Part shown: piece after piece, positions 18,300-26,632 of the stretch | How positions within the stretch are numbered: position 1 is the first letter of the stretch | How the letters are laid out: each line of letters starts with the position of its first letter | Origin: a virus | Taxonomy: Duplodnaviria > Caudoviricetes | Reading direction: 5' to 3' (one strand) | Length of the DNA stretch: 57,930 bases | Virus record (IMG/VR): IMGVR_UViG_3300044949_002606 | Span: 1 to 57,930 of that record | Notes under the pieces: model-generated | Told to the model about the DNA's origin: nothing | Database searches by the model: none | Seen by the model: only the letters and a program-made list of their open reading frames with translations | Made by a program: the position numbers and the translations under genes

Positions 18300-20669
18300 A
18301 TGGGATTTGAACTCGACCGGCTGATGCGCCAATACGGCGTGGCCACGCCCACGTTGCCCGCTGAGGCCGCGCCGGAGTACAAAGAAGCGTACCAAAGGCG
18401 GCTGGAGCAGACGCCGATGTACCTGCAGGAGCAATTTCAGCCCGGCACTTCAACCGCGCCTCCGGCGGTGACGTTTTCAACTGCGCAGCGTTATGCGGTC
18501 AGCGGCGCCAACCCCAACATGAACCTGGACGTGATGAACCGCAACATCCGGGACTGGTTCGCCGCCAACCCGGGCGCTACTGAGGCGCAGATTCGCGCCG
18601 CGCAGCAAGAGTGGGGCGTGTCCGACCTCGACATCCGCAACGCGATTGGCGCCTCCCGGCCGCGCGGCTCCACGGCTTACAGCTATGCCACAAGTCCGGG
18701 CGGCATCGGGCTGCCGGCGATGAACGAAAACATCCGCCAATATCTCGCCCAAAACCCCAACGCCACGCCCGCGCAGATCGCGGCGGAGCAGGCTCGCTGG
18801 GGCGTCAGCAACGAAGACTTGTACCGCGCCACCGGCAGCTATTGGGGCCGCGCGCTGACGCCCACGTGGGCCGGCGGGCCGCCAACGCCGCTCCCCACCC
18901 CGGCACCCACCCCGGCACCCACCCCGGCACCCGCCACTTACCAGTCGACGCCAGAGCAACAATTCTCTCGGTTCGGATTCATGATGCCGTCGAATTGGAA
19001 CTCGATCACCAACCCCATGGAGCGAATTGGAATCCTCAACAGCATGGGCATAACCTCGGGCCAGTTGGGTGCGTTGGGTTATTCTCCTGCAGACATCGCT
19101 TGGATGGAGGCGCGCGGCTTAGGTTCGGGCGGCGCAGGGGTCGGCGACGGCGGCATCGGGATCGGAGACGGCGGCATCGGGATCGGAGACGGCAGTGTCG
19201 GCTCGGGCATCGGCTCGGGCATCGGCGCAGACGGCACTGATGGGGGCGCAGGCGGTACTGGTGGCGGAGGTGCAGGCAGCGCCGGGTCGTCTGGCGCAGA
19301 CGGCACTGATGGGGGCGCAGGCGGCACTGGCGGAAGTGACGGGGTTGGGGTTGGCGACGGCACAGGGGGCGTGTACGCACGCGGCGGCGCGGCGCGTTTC
19401 TTTAAGGGCGGCTTGAACGCGGCAGACGAGCGCGCAGACTTCGCGGAGCTGGCCGAGCGGTACAACGCGCCGCCGCCTGAACCCGAGCTGCCGCCCGCGC
19501 CAGCGCCCATGCAAGCGGCGCCGGGCGTTGCCGCCGCGGCTCAGCTCATGGACCTTCAATCAATGTTGGCTAGGTACATGCAGCCCGGCGCCAGCTCCTA
19601 CGGCACGGAGCTCGCTGAGGCACGCGGTCGCGCTCGCGCCGAGACCGAGGCGTTCAACAAGATGCTGCAGGACGCGATCAAGGGCTCGGGCGAAGGCAGC
19701 GGCCCCTCCAAGTCGGAGATGTACTTCCGGCTCGCCGCCGCCTTCGCCGACCCGGGCAAGACGGGCAGCTTCGGCGAGGGGCTGGGCCGCGCGGCCGGCG
19801 CCATGGCCGAGCAACAGAAAGCGGAGCGCGAAGCCAAGCGCGCAGCGGCCCGCGAGCGGCTGCAGCTCGGGCTCACCGCGCAGCAAGCGCGCATGACCGG
19901 CGCCCGCGAGGACGTCAGCTCCCTGCGCCAGCTGGCCGGCGAGGAGATGAAAGACAAGCGCACCATCACCGCCGAACTGCTCAAAGAGTGGACCAAGCGC
20001 AACGACCCCGTGTCCACCGCGGGCAAGCAAGCGCAGGACGAAGGGCTGAAGCCCGGCACGCCGCAGTTCCAGGCGCGGGTGCGCGAGATCAGCGAGCTGG
20101 CGGTCGAAAAGGCCAACGCGCAGATCCAGGCCACCGTCGCCGGTATGAGCGTGGCGGCGGCCAACCTGGCGCTGGGGCAGGCCCGGTTCACGCAGCAGCA
20201 AACAGAAGCCCGGCGCCTCACCCCGCAAGAGCTCACGCTGAAGACCGAAACCGAGAACGCTGTCGCGGCGTCAGACTCCGCCATGCGCTCGCTCAAGCAG
20301 GCCTACCAGCTCAACCCCAACAGCTTCGACGCGTCGCTGCCCGACCTGGCGCAACGCAAGATCCTAGAGGCCGCGGGCAGCAAGGACACGAAACTCGTCA
20401 ACACACGGACGATGGAGAACTTGCTGGGTGAGCAGGCCTTGTCGCAACTCAAGACCACCTTTGGCTCGGCGCCGACCGAGGGCGAGCGCAAGATCTTGAT
20501 GGACTTGCAAGGCATCGGCGCCAAGAGCCGCGAAGAGCGCGCCATCATCATGCGCAACGCGTACAAGTCGCTGCAGTCTGCCCGTGAGCGGCAGCAGAAG
20601 CGGCTCAACGAGATCAACCAGGGCCTCTACCGCGAAGTCGGCACGCCCACAGCGGGAGGGCTGGAGTGA
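18300..20669 (+). CDS. Putative ejection protein (789 aa): duplicated N-terminal helical module, Gly-rich linker, coiled-coil C-terminus
   Basis: AAGGAG RBS, internal repeats, position. Confidence 0.7.
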   Translation: MGFELDRLMRQYGVATPTLPAEAAPEYKEAYQRRLEQTPMYLQEQFQPGTSTAPPAVTFSTAQRYAVSGANPNMNLDVMNRNIRDWFAANPGATEAQIRAAQQEWGVSDLDIRNAIGASRPRGSTAYSYATSPGGIGLPAMNENIRQYLAQNPNATPAQIAAEQARWGVSNEDLYRATGSYWGRALTPTWAGGPPTPLPTPAPTPAPTPAPATYQSTPEQQFSRFGFMMPSNWNSITNPMERIGILNSMGITSGQLGALGYSPADIAWMEARGLGSGGAGVGDGGIGIGDGGIGIGDGSVGSGIGSGIGADGTDGGAGGTGGGGAGSAGSSGADGTDGGAGGTGGSDGVGVGDGTGGVYARGGAARFFKGGLNAADERADFAELAERYNAPPPEPELPPAPAPMQAAPGVAAAAQLMDLQSMLARYMQPGASSYGTELAEARGRARAETEAFNKMLQDAIKGSGEGSGPSKSEMYFRLAAAFADPGKTGSFGEGLGRAAGAMAEQQKAEREAKRAAARERLQLGLTAQQARMTGAREDVSSLRQLAGEEMKDKRTITAELLKEWTKRNDPVSTAGKQAQDEGLKPGTPQFQARVREISELAVEKANAQIQATVAGMSVAAANLALGQARFTQQQTEARRLTPQELTLKTETENAVAASDSAMRSLKQAYQLNPNSFDASLPDLAQRKILEAAGSKDTKLVNTRTMENLLGEQALSQLKTTFGSAPTEGERKILMDLQGIGAKSREERAIIMRNAYKSLQSARERQQKRLNEINQGLYREVGTPTAGGLE

Positions 20670-22666
20670 TGGCAGACGGCGTCAACCCCTACGTCGGCGC
20701 GGCGCGCGCCGTCTTGGGCCAGGGCCTCGGCATGGGCTGGGGCGACGAGGCCGAAGCGTGGCTCCGCGCCAAGGCCGGCCAGGGCTCCTACGAGGACAAC
20801 CTGGCGCGCATCCGCCGCGAGTACGGTCAGTACGCGCAGCAGAGCCCCTTCACCTCCGGTGCGCTGGAGTTTGCCGGGGGCGTGGCGCCCGGGGTAGCGG
20901 CGATGTTCATTCCCGGCCTGCAGCCCCTGGGCGCAGGCCAGGTGCAGCGCAGCACGCTCGGGGCGCTGGGGCGGTTGGCCGCGGTGGGCTCAGCCACCGG
21001 CGCGGTGTCTGGCGCCGGCTCGGCCACCGAGGGCGAGCGGCTGGGTGGCGCGGGCACCGGGGCGCTGATCGGCGGGGTGCTAGGCGGCGCGGTGCCGGTG
21101 GGCATGCGCGCGGGCAAGGGCGCATACGACTTTGCCCGGGAGCGGCTCGCGCCGACCGCGGGCTCAGTGGAGCGCCGGGCGCTGGACAAGCTCAGCCGCG
21201 CGGCGGGTGAAGCGCAAATGACGCCGCAGCAAATTGAGCGTGCGCTGCTCACCGACAAGGCGATGGGGGTGCCCTCAGTGGTCGCCAACGTCAACCCCGC
21301 GCTGGCCGAGCTGGCCGAGGCGGTGGCCCAGCGGACGGGCCGCGGCGCCCGCAAAATCGAGGAAACGCTCAACCGCCAGAAGGCCGGTTCACGCGAGCGC
21401 ACCTATCAACAGACGGTGCGGGGCCTGAAGCCCGGCGACTACTACGCCGACGAGGAGCGCATGGTGGGCGCGCTGCGGCAGAAGGCCAACACACTGTACG
21501 ACGACGCATACGCGGTGGGCGAGGTACTGGACCCCAAGCTCCAGCTCATCCTGGACGCGCCGGAAGTGAAGGGCGCCTACGACACCGCCCGCAAGATCGC
21601 CGAGGCGCAGGCCTCGCTGGCGCGCATCCGCGGCGAAGACCCGGCGCAGTTTGCGCTGCGCGAGATCTACACCCCGGTGACCGACGCCTCGGGCAAGATG
21701 GTCGAGCTGAAGCTCAGCCATGCGCCGGATGTGCGCACGCTGGACTACATGAAGCGCGCGCTGGACGCCAAGATCTCGGCCGGCTACGCCTCGGAGGACG
21801 CCGCCACCCGCGCCAACACCGCCGTGCTCAAGCAGATTCGCAATGAGCTGCGCGACACCTTGAAGGACCGCGTGCCCGAGTACGGGCAGGCGCTGCGCGG
21901 CTACGCGGGCGACATGGAGGTGATCGACGCCATGCGCCGCGGCTTCGGCGAGTTCGGCAAGATGGACCACGAACAGGTCATCAAGATGGTGGCCGGCATG
22001 AGCCAGTCCGAGAAGGAAGCGTTCCGTACCGGAGTGGCGCGCGACCTGTACGGCAAGCTGATGAACCCGTCCGGCAACTTCAATGCTGCGCAGCGCTTGG
22101 TCGGGTCGCCCGAGATGCAAGCCAAGCTGCAGCCGTTGTTCGACAGCCCGGCCGAGTTCGAGCTGTTCCGCGCCGCGTTGACTCGGGAGTCACAGCTCTT
22201 CAACACCGCCAACCGCGTGCTCGGCGGCTCGCAGACCGGCAAGCGGCTGCAAATGCGCGAGGCGTTGGAGGAAGGCCCCGGCATGGGCGAGGCGGTGGCC
22301 CAGGCGGTGACGGGCGGGTTCTGGAGCTCGCTCACCGGCATGGCCGCGCGGGCCATCCGTGCGGGCGAAATGTCCGAGCGCACCGCGGCGCGGCTGGCCG
22401 AGATGCTGATGTCCAAAGACCCCACCGAGGTGGCCGCGGTCGTCAAGGCGCTGGAGCAGCATGCGCAGTCCGCCGCACCCCGGGCAGTGCGCGCCAGCAA
22501 GGCTGAGGCCGGCGCCGGCACGGGCACGACCACGGCGATCTTTCCCGCGCCGAGCCCCGAGGGCGAAGCGCCGAGCATTGAGAGCGGAGACATTGATGCC
22601 GCTCCCCAGGCTCCGGCCGGCCCCGACATTGAAGCCGACATCGCGGCGGAGCTGAAGAAGCGCTAG
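20669..22666 (+). CDS. Putative large ejection / DNA transfer protein (665 aa)
   Basis: GQGLGMGWGDEAEA N-terminus, Gly-zipper then helical body; last gene of the late arm. Confidence 0.7.
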   Translation: MADGVNPYVGAARAVLGQGLGMGWGDEAEAWLRAKAGQGSYEDNLARIRREYGQYAQQSPFTSGALEFAGGVAPGVAAMFIPGLQPLGAGQVQRSTLGALGRLAAVGSATGAVSGAGSATEGERLGGAGTGALIGGVLGGAVPVGMRAGKGAYDFARERLAPTAGSVERRALDKLSRAAGEAQMTPQQIERALLTDKAMGVPSVVANVNPALAELAEAVAQRTGRGARKIEETLNRQKAGSRERTYQQTVRGLKPGDYYADEERMVGALRQKANTLYDDAYAVGEVLDPKLQLILDAPEVKGAYDTARKIAEAQASLARIRGEDPAQFALREIYTPVTDASGKMVELKLSHAPDVRTLDYMKRALDAKISAGYASEDAATRANTAVLKQIRNELRDTLKDRVPEYGQALRGYAGDMEVIDAMRRGFGEFGKMDHEQVIKMVAGMSQSEKEAFRTGVARDLYGKLMNPSGNFNAAQRLVGSPEMQAKLQPLFDSPAEFELFRAALTRESQLFNTANRVLGGSQTGKRLQMREALEEGPGMGEAVAQAVTGGFWSSLTGMAARAIRAGEMSERTAARLAEMLMSKDPTEVAAVVKALEQHAQSAAPRAVRASKAEAGAGTGTTTAIFPAPSPEGEAPSIESGDIDAAPQAPAGPDIEADIAAELKKR

Positions 22667-22722
22667 TGAACTGAGTCTCCCTCGGCGGGCCGCAGTTGCC
22701 AATCTCCTGAGCCGCCCGCCCT

Positions 22723-22935
22723 TCAACCCTGCCGGCCGGAGTTCTGGTCGGCAGGGTTATTTTTCGGCTCGTCCATGTTGACGACGTCGCGCATGCGGAG
22801 GATGATGCGCAAGTGATGCGCCGCGTCGAGCATGCCGTCCCGCTCGGCACGCTGGATCGCGGCGAGGAGTTCGTCTTGCGACCGACCCCAGTGGAGCCCC
22901 GGACCCAATAGCGCTCGTATATAGGCCCAGGGCAC
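22723..22935 (-). CDS. Hypothetical protein (~70 aa, GTG start)
   Basis: MPWAYIRALLGPGLHWGRSQDELL..., just downstream of SSB; start uncertain. Confidence 0.5.
   Translation of the reverse strand: MPWAYIRALLGPGLHWGRSQDELLAAIQRAERDGMLDAAHHLRIILRMRDVVNMDEPKNNPADQNSGRQG
22725..22764 (+). terminator. Rho-independent terminator at the convergence of the two arms
   Basis: AACCCTGCCGGCCGG-AGTT-CTGGTCGGCAGGGTT 15-bp stem with 2 G-U pairs, followed by ATTTTT. Confidence 0.8.
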
Positions 22936-22949
22936 AACGATCGCGGGGA

Positions 22950-23792
22950 TTAGAAGCCCGACTCCTGAGCGACCTCTTCGATTGGCGCCTGGTCCTCGTA
23001 GCGGACGTTGACGGCGCCCTTGGCGAGGTTGGCGTGGAAGACCTTGGCCGCGGCGTAGACCTCGTTGCGCGTCACTTGCCCGGCGAGCTCGAACTTGACG
23101 CCAAACCACGTGCCCTTGTCGTTGCTCTCCGGGACGGTGGTGACGCGGACGCAGTTGGCGAACGTGGGCGGCGTGAACATCTGCCCCGCGCCGTTCTTGA
23201 GCTTCACCGCGGCGAGTGCCGACATGAGCATCTTGGACTTCTTGATCTGGGTGGAGGTGAGCGACAGCAGCGCCTCGGTCCAGCCGCCCGTAGCTTCGTC
23301 CAGGATCAGCACGTAGTGGTTGCGCGTGTCGTTGAACCGGTCGCTCTTCTCGGGGTTGACGGAGCCGTCGGGCTCAGGCGCGTAGAGCCGCCCATTCAAC
23401 TCGACGATCTGGCCCTTGGCGCGGGCGTCGGCCACCGCCTCGGGCGTGGACGCGCCCTTGTAGCCGCCGCCGTTGGAGCGGGCGCCCCAGCGCAGGAACT
23501 CACGGCGATAGGCGCACGGCACGATCAGCACGCCGTCCTTGCCCGGGAACATGCGCCCGGTGACGTTCTCGAACAGCATGCCGGAGCGCGCACCTTCGAT
23601 GGCGGAGCCGGAGGCTTCGTCGACTTGCGGCGAACCCTTCTGCAGCACGCTCAGGAACGGGATCGCGAACGAATCCTGCCCCGCACCTTCCATGCCCTGG
23701 CCGGCGTCTGCGGCAAAGTCCATCGGCGGCAGCGCCAGCGCGGTGGAGGTCTCTTGCGCCACGGCGACCGCGGCAGTGTTTTTCTTGCTCAT
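22950..23792 (-). CDS. Putative single-stranded DNA-binding protein (280 aa)
   Basis: IPFLSVLQKGSPQV...STQIKKSK...ESNDKGTWF and an acidic tail ending in F. Confidence 0.65.
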   Translation of the reverse strand: MSKKNTAAVAVAQETSTALALPPMDFAADAGQGMEGAGQDSFAIPFLSVLQKGSPQVDEASGSAIEGARSGMLFENVTGRMFPGKDGVLIVPCAYRREFLRWGARSNGGGYKGASTPEAVADARAKGQIVELNGRLYAPEPDGSVNPEKSDRFNDTRNHYVLILDEATGGWTEALLSLTSTQIKKSKMLMSALAAVKLKNGAGQMFTPPTFANCVRVTTVPESNDKGTWFGVKFELAGQVTRNEVYAAAKVFHANLAKGAVNVRYEDQAPIEEVAQESGF

Positions 23793-23857
23793 GATCAGGA
23801 TCTCACTTTCTTGCGTTGCGTGGGGCACAGAACCGCCGCCCCACAGAGCGGTTTGCG

Positions 23858-24367
23858 TTAGCGCTTGGGCGCCGTGATCTTGACGCGCTGGAACGGATGC
23901 ACACCGAACACGTCGAACGGAATCGCGGTGCCCGCGGCCATCTGTTCCTTGATGAAGGACTTGAGCGTGCTGGGGTGCACGCGCTCGATGAGGTTGGGGT
24001 GCTTGCCTTGTTCGGCGCATGCGTTGGCAAAGTCTTCCGCCTCGCCGTGCTCGCCGCGGCCGAAGGAAACGACCACCTCCGTCTTGATCAAGCCGCCGAA
24101 CCCGCGGGCCACCAGCCAGCTGTGCGCGGCGGCGCGGCGCTCTTCGGTGATGGCGCAGGTGACGTCAGGCTGCACCTCCAATGTCTCTCCGGTGTTGAGC
24201 ACGAACTTGCTCAGCCCAAGCTCCTGCATCAGGTCGGGCAGGTCTTCCTGCTCCAGGCGCTGCACGTCAGCTTTGGCCGTGGCGAGTTCAGACTCCAGCC
24301 GCTCCACGATCTTGCGCGCAGAAAGCAACGTCTCTGCCATCTGCACCGCACGCTTCAAGTCGCTCAT
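23858..24367 (-). CDS. Conserved replication-region protein with N-terminal coiled coil (169 aa)
   Basis: LPDLMQELG...WL...G.G.LIK...VHPSTLKSF; ATGA overlap. Confidence 0.75.
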   Translation of the reverse strand: MSDLKRAVQMAETLLSARKIVERLESELATAKADVQRLEQEDLPDLMQELGLSKFVLNTGETLEVQPDVTCAITEERRAAAHSWLVARGFGGLIKTEVVVSFGRGEHGEAEDFANACAEQGKHPNLIERVHPSTLKSFIKEQMAAGTAIPFDVFGVHPFQRVKITAPKR

Positions 24368-24699
24368 ACCTGTGCCTCCACGGAGATGTACGCCGACGTC
24401 TGTCGGTCCCACTTCAAAACCTTCAACAGCCCGCCCGTCTTGCGCACAGCGATGCACGCCGCGGCCGCGATCAGCGACGGGTCGCCCACAGCGATGATGT
24501 GGTCGTCGGGACCGTAGTCCTTCATCTGTTCGCGCAACGCGGTCACCAATGGCGCGATGTGCAAGCGGTTGGCATTCGGGGGCAGCATCACGACCACCTC
24601 GCCGAAATTCTTGGCGTGATCGACGTTGATGGAAGGCACCCACAACTTGGTGGCGCCGTCGTACTTCGACGGCACCTGCGGAGCGTAGACTTTCGGCAC
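24364..24699 (-). CDS. Hypothetical protein (111 aa)
   Basis: AGAAAGGA RBS before GTG; coupled to the next gene. Confidence 0.75.
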   Translation of the reverse strand: MPKVYAPQVPSKYDGATKLWVPSINVDHAKNFGEVVVMLPPNANRLHIAPLVTALREQMKDYGPDDHIIAVGDPSLIAAAACIAVRKTGGLLKVLKWDRQTSAYISVEAQV

Positions 24700-24734
24700 G
24701 GGACAGTTTCCTTTCTAGCGGTTCTGAGGACGAA

Positions 24735-26213
24735 TTATCCTTGCGTCGCCGCGACGCGGTCGCCCAGCACGAGTGCGGCGGTACGCTTCTTGCGGCGCAA
24801 ATTCTTGGTGATCTGTTCGTCGATCGTGTTCTCGGCGGCGATGTCGATGTACACGACGTTCTTCTTCGTGCCGATGCGGTGAGCGCGGTCTTCACTCTGC
24901 AGCCGCGTCTCGAGGTTGAAGTCGTTGCTGAAGTAAAACACCGTCTCCGCCGCGGTGAGCGTGAGTCCGATACCGCCGGACTGGGGCTGACCCACGAAGA
25001 CGCGCACATCACCGTTCTGAAACTGATCGACCGCAGCTTCACGGTTGTCGCGGCTCACCCCGCCGTGATACTGCACACACGGGATGCCCGCATCGGTGAG
25101 CGCATCCGAGATCGCGTCCAGCTCCTCGCGGAACCGCGCCCACACGATGAACTTGCCTTCCACGTCCTCGATCGCGTCGAGCAGCGTCTTGAGCCGTGGG
25201 TTGTCCGCGGAGATGTAGCGCACGCCCATCGGGGTGTTCACGTACCCGCTCGTGATCTGCTGCAACTTGATCAGCGCGGCCAACTCGCTGACGGGCAGCT
25301 CGGTGTTGTCGCCGAGCTCGATGCGGAGCTCGTCTTGCATCTTGTCGTAGGCGCGTTGTTGCTGTGCGTCGAGCTCGAACGTGATGGTCTTGTAGATCTT
25401 GTCGGGCAGGTCCAGGCAGTCTTTCTTCAACACGCGGAACGAATTCGGCTCGAGCAGTCGCTGCAGCTTGTCGAGGTTGCGCCACCGCGGCGAGCCGTCA
25501 GGGTTGCGGGCGATCACTTGCGCGTACGCCGCCTTGGGGTTGCGGCTGACCATGTTCTGGATCAGCGGATGCGTGTTGGGCAGCACGTCCGCGTACTCGG
25601 CCACGAACGCCCGGTAGCTCGTGGTGCCGAGCAAGCCACTTTCCAAGAACTCCATCTGCGCGAAGATGTCCACCGGCGAGTTCGTCACCGGGGTGCCGGA
25701 CGCGATGCGCGCGCCGACCGCCATGCGCCTGAGCCGCATGAGCGCCTTGGTGCGCGCGGCGTCCGGGTTCTTGATGCGGGAGCTCTCGTCCAGGATGATC
25801 AGCGCCTTGCCCGAGAGCAAGAACCGCTCGGCGCAGGCGCACCCCTTCTTGGTCACCAGCGCGTCGATGTTCATGGCCAGCACGCGCAATGGCGGCGGCA
25901 CGCCGGGCGGGCGCAGTTTAAACAGCTCTTCGAGCGCCCGCATGTGCCGCGCCCCGGCGCCCGAGCGCCACGCACGCGCGACGATGGTGCCTTCCATGTG
26001 CGCGGGGATCTCGCGCGTGACCCAGTTCAGGTGCACGCCGTTGGGCGCCACGACGAGCACGGAGTCGATGGAGCCCTTGGCGTACAGCCGCTCGGCGTCC
26101 GCGAGCAACGTCCAGGTCTTGCCTGTGCCTTGTTCCATGAACAGCGCATAGGTGCGGCGCCCGACCATGCGTTGGACGGCTTGCAGCTGGTGTTGCATGC
26201 CCTGCGTTTTCAT
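24735..26213 (-). CDS. SNF2-family (SF2) DNA helicase (492 aa)
   Basis: EQGTGKT, ILDESS, SGTP, GGIGLTL and QSEDRAHRIG motifs. Confidence 0.93.
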   Translation of the reverse strand: MKTQGMQHQLQAVQRMVGRRTYALFMEQGTGKTWTLLADAERLYAKGSIDSVLVVAPNGVHLNWVTREIPAHMEGTIVARAWRSGAGARHMRALEELFKLRPPGVPPPLRVLAMNIDALVTKKGCACAERFLLSGKALIILDESSRIKNPDAARTKALMRLRRMAVGARIASGTPVTNSPVDIFAQMEFLESGLLGTTSYRAFVAEYADVLPNTHPLIQNMVSRNPKAAYAQVIARNPDGSPRWRNLDKLQRLLEPNSFRVLKKDCLDLPDKIYKTITFELDAQQQRAYDKMQDELRIELGDNTELPVSELAALIKLQQITSGYVNTPMGVRYISADNPRLKTLLDAIEDVEGKFIVWARFREELDAISDALTDAGIPCVQYHGGVSRDNREAAVDQFQNGDVRVFVGQPQSGGIGLTLTAAETVFYFSNDFNLETRLQSEDRAHRIGTKKNVVYIDIAAENTIDEQITKNLRRKKRTAALVLGDRVAATQG

Positions 26214-26632
26214 CTTCGTTCTCCGAGTTGGATCAGCATGTCCACGAGCTGTTCGGCTCCGATGCACATCGCGGCGGCGCGGAACTGAGCTGTGTTGTAT
26301 TCGTTGACGTGGTCCGCGGTCGCGCCGTTGAATGTGAACACCTCGTCCGCCACCCCGACGACAATGAGCGACTGGCCGCCCCAATTGCGCCAGTTCAGGT
26401 GCCAGTTCTTCTGCACTCGGCTCAGCCCGCGGTCGCCCAGCACTCGGGTGGCGGGCCGGGCGGGCCAACCGTCAATTTGCTTGAGCTCGATGGGCATGAA
26501 GCTCCCGCCCACCAACGTGTCGAGGTCCGGGCGGCCGGCTCCGACGAGATTTTCGATGCGCTCGGTGTGCAGCCGCCCAGCGGCAACCTTGCGCAACCTA
26601 TCCCACAAGCGCTGTTCCGGTCTGCGACTCAC
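26210..26632 (-). CDS. PD-(D/E)xK nuclease (VRR-NUC / Holliday junction resolvase-like)
   Basis: E...RIEN...G.PD...IELK...LS..QK.W motifs. Confidence 0.8.
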   Translation of the reverse strand: MSRRPEQRLWDRLRKVAAGRLHTERIENLVGAGRPDLDTLVGGSFMPIELKQIDGWPARPATRVLGDRGLSRVQKNWHLNWRNWGGQSLIVVGVADEVFTFNGATADHVNEYNTAQFRAAAMCIGAEQLVDMLIQLGERR

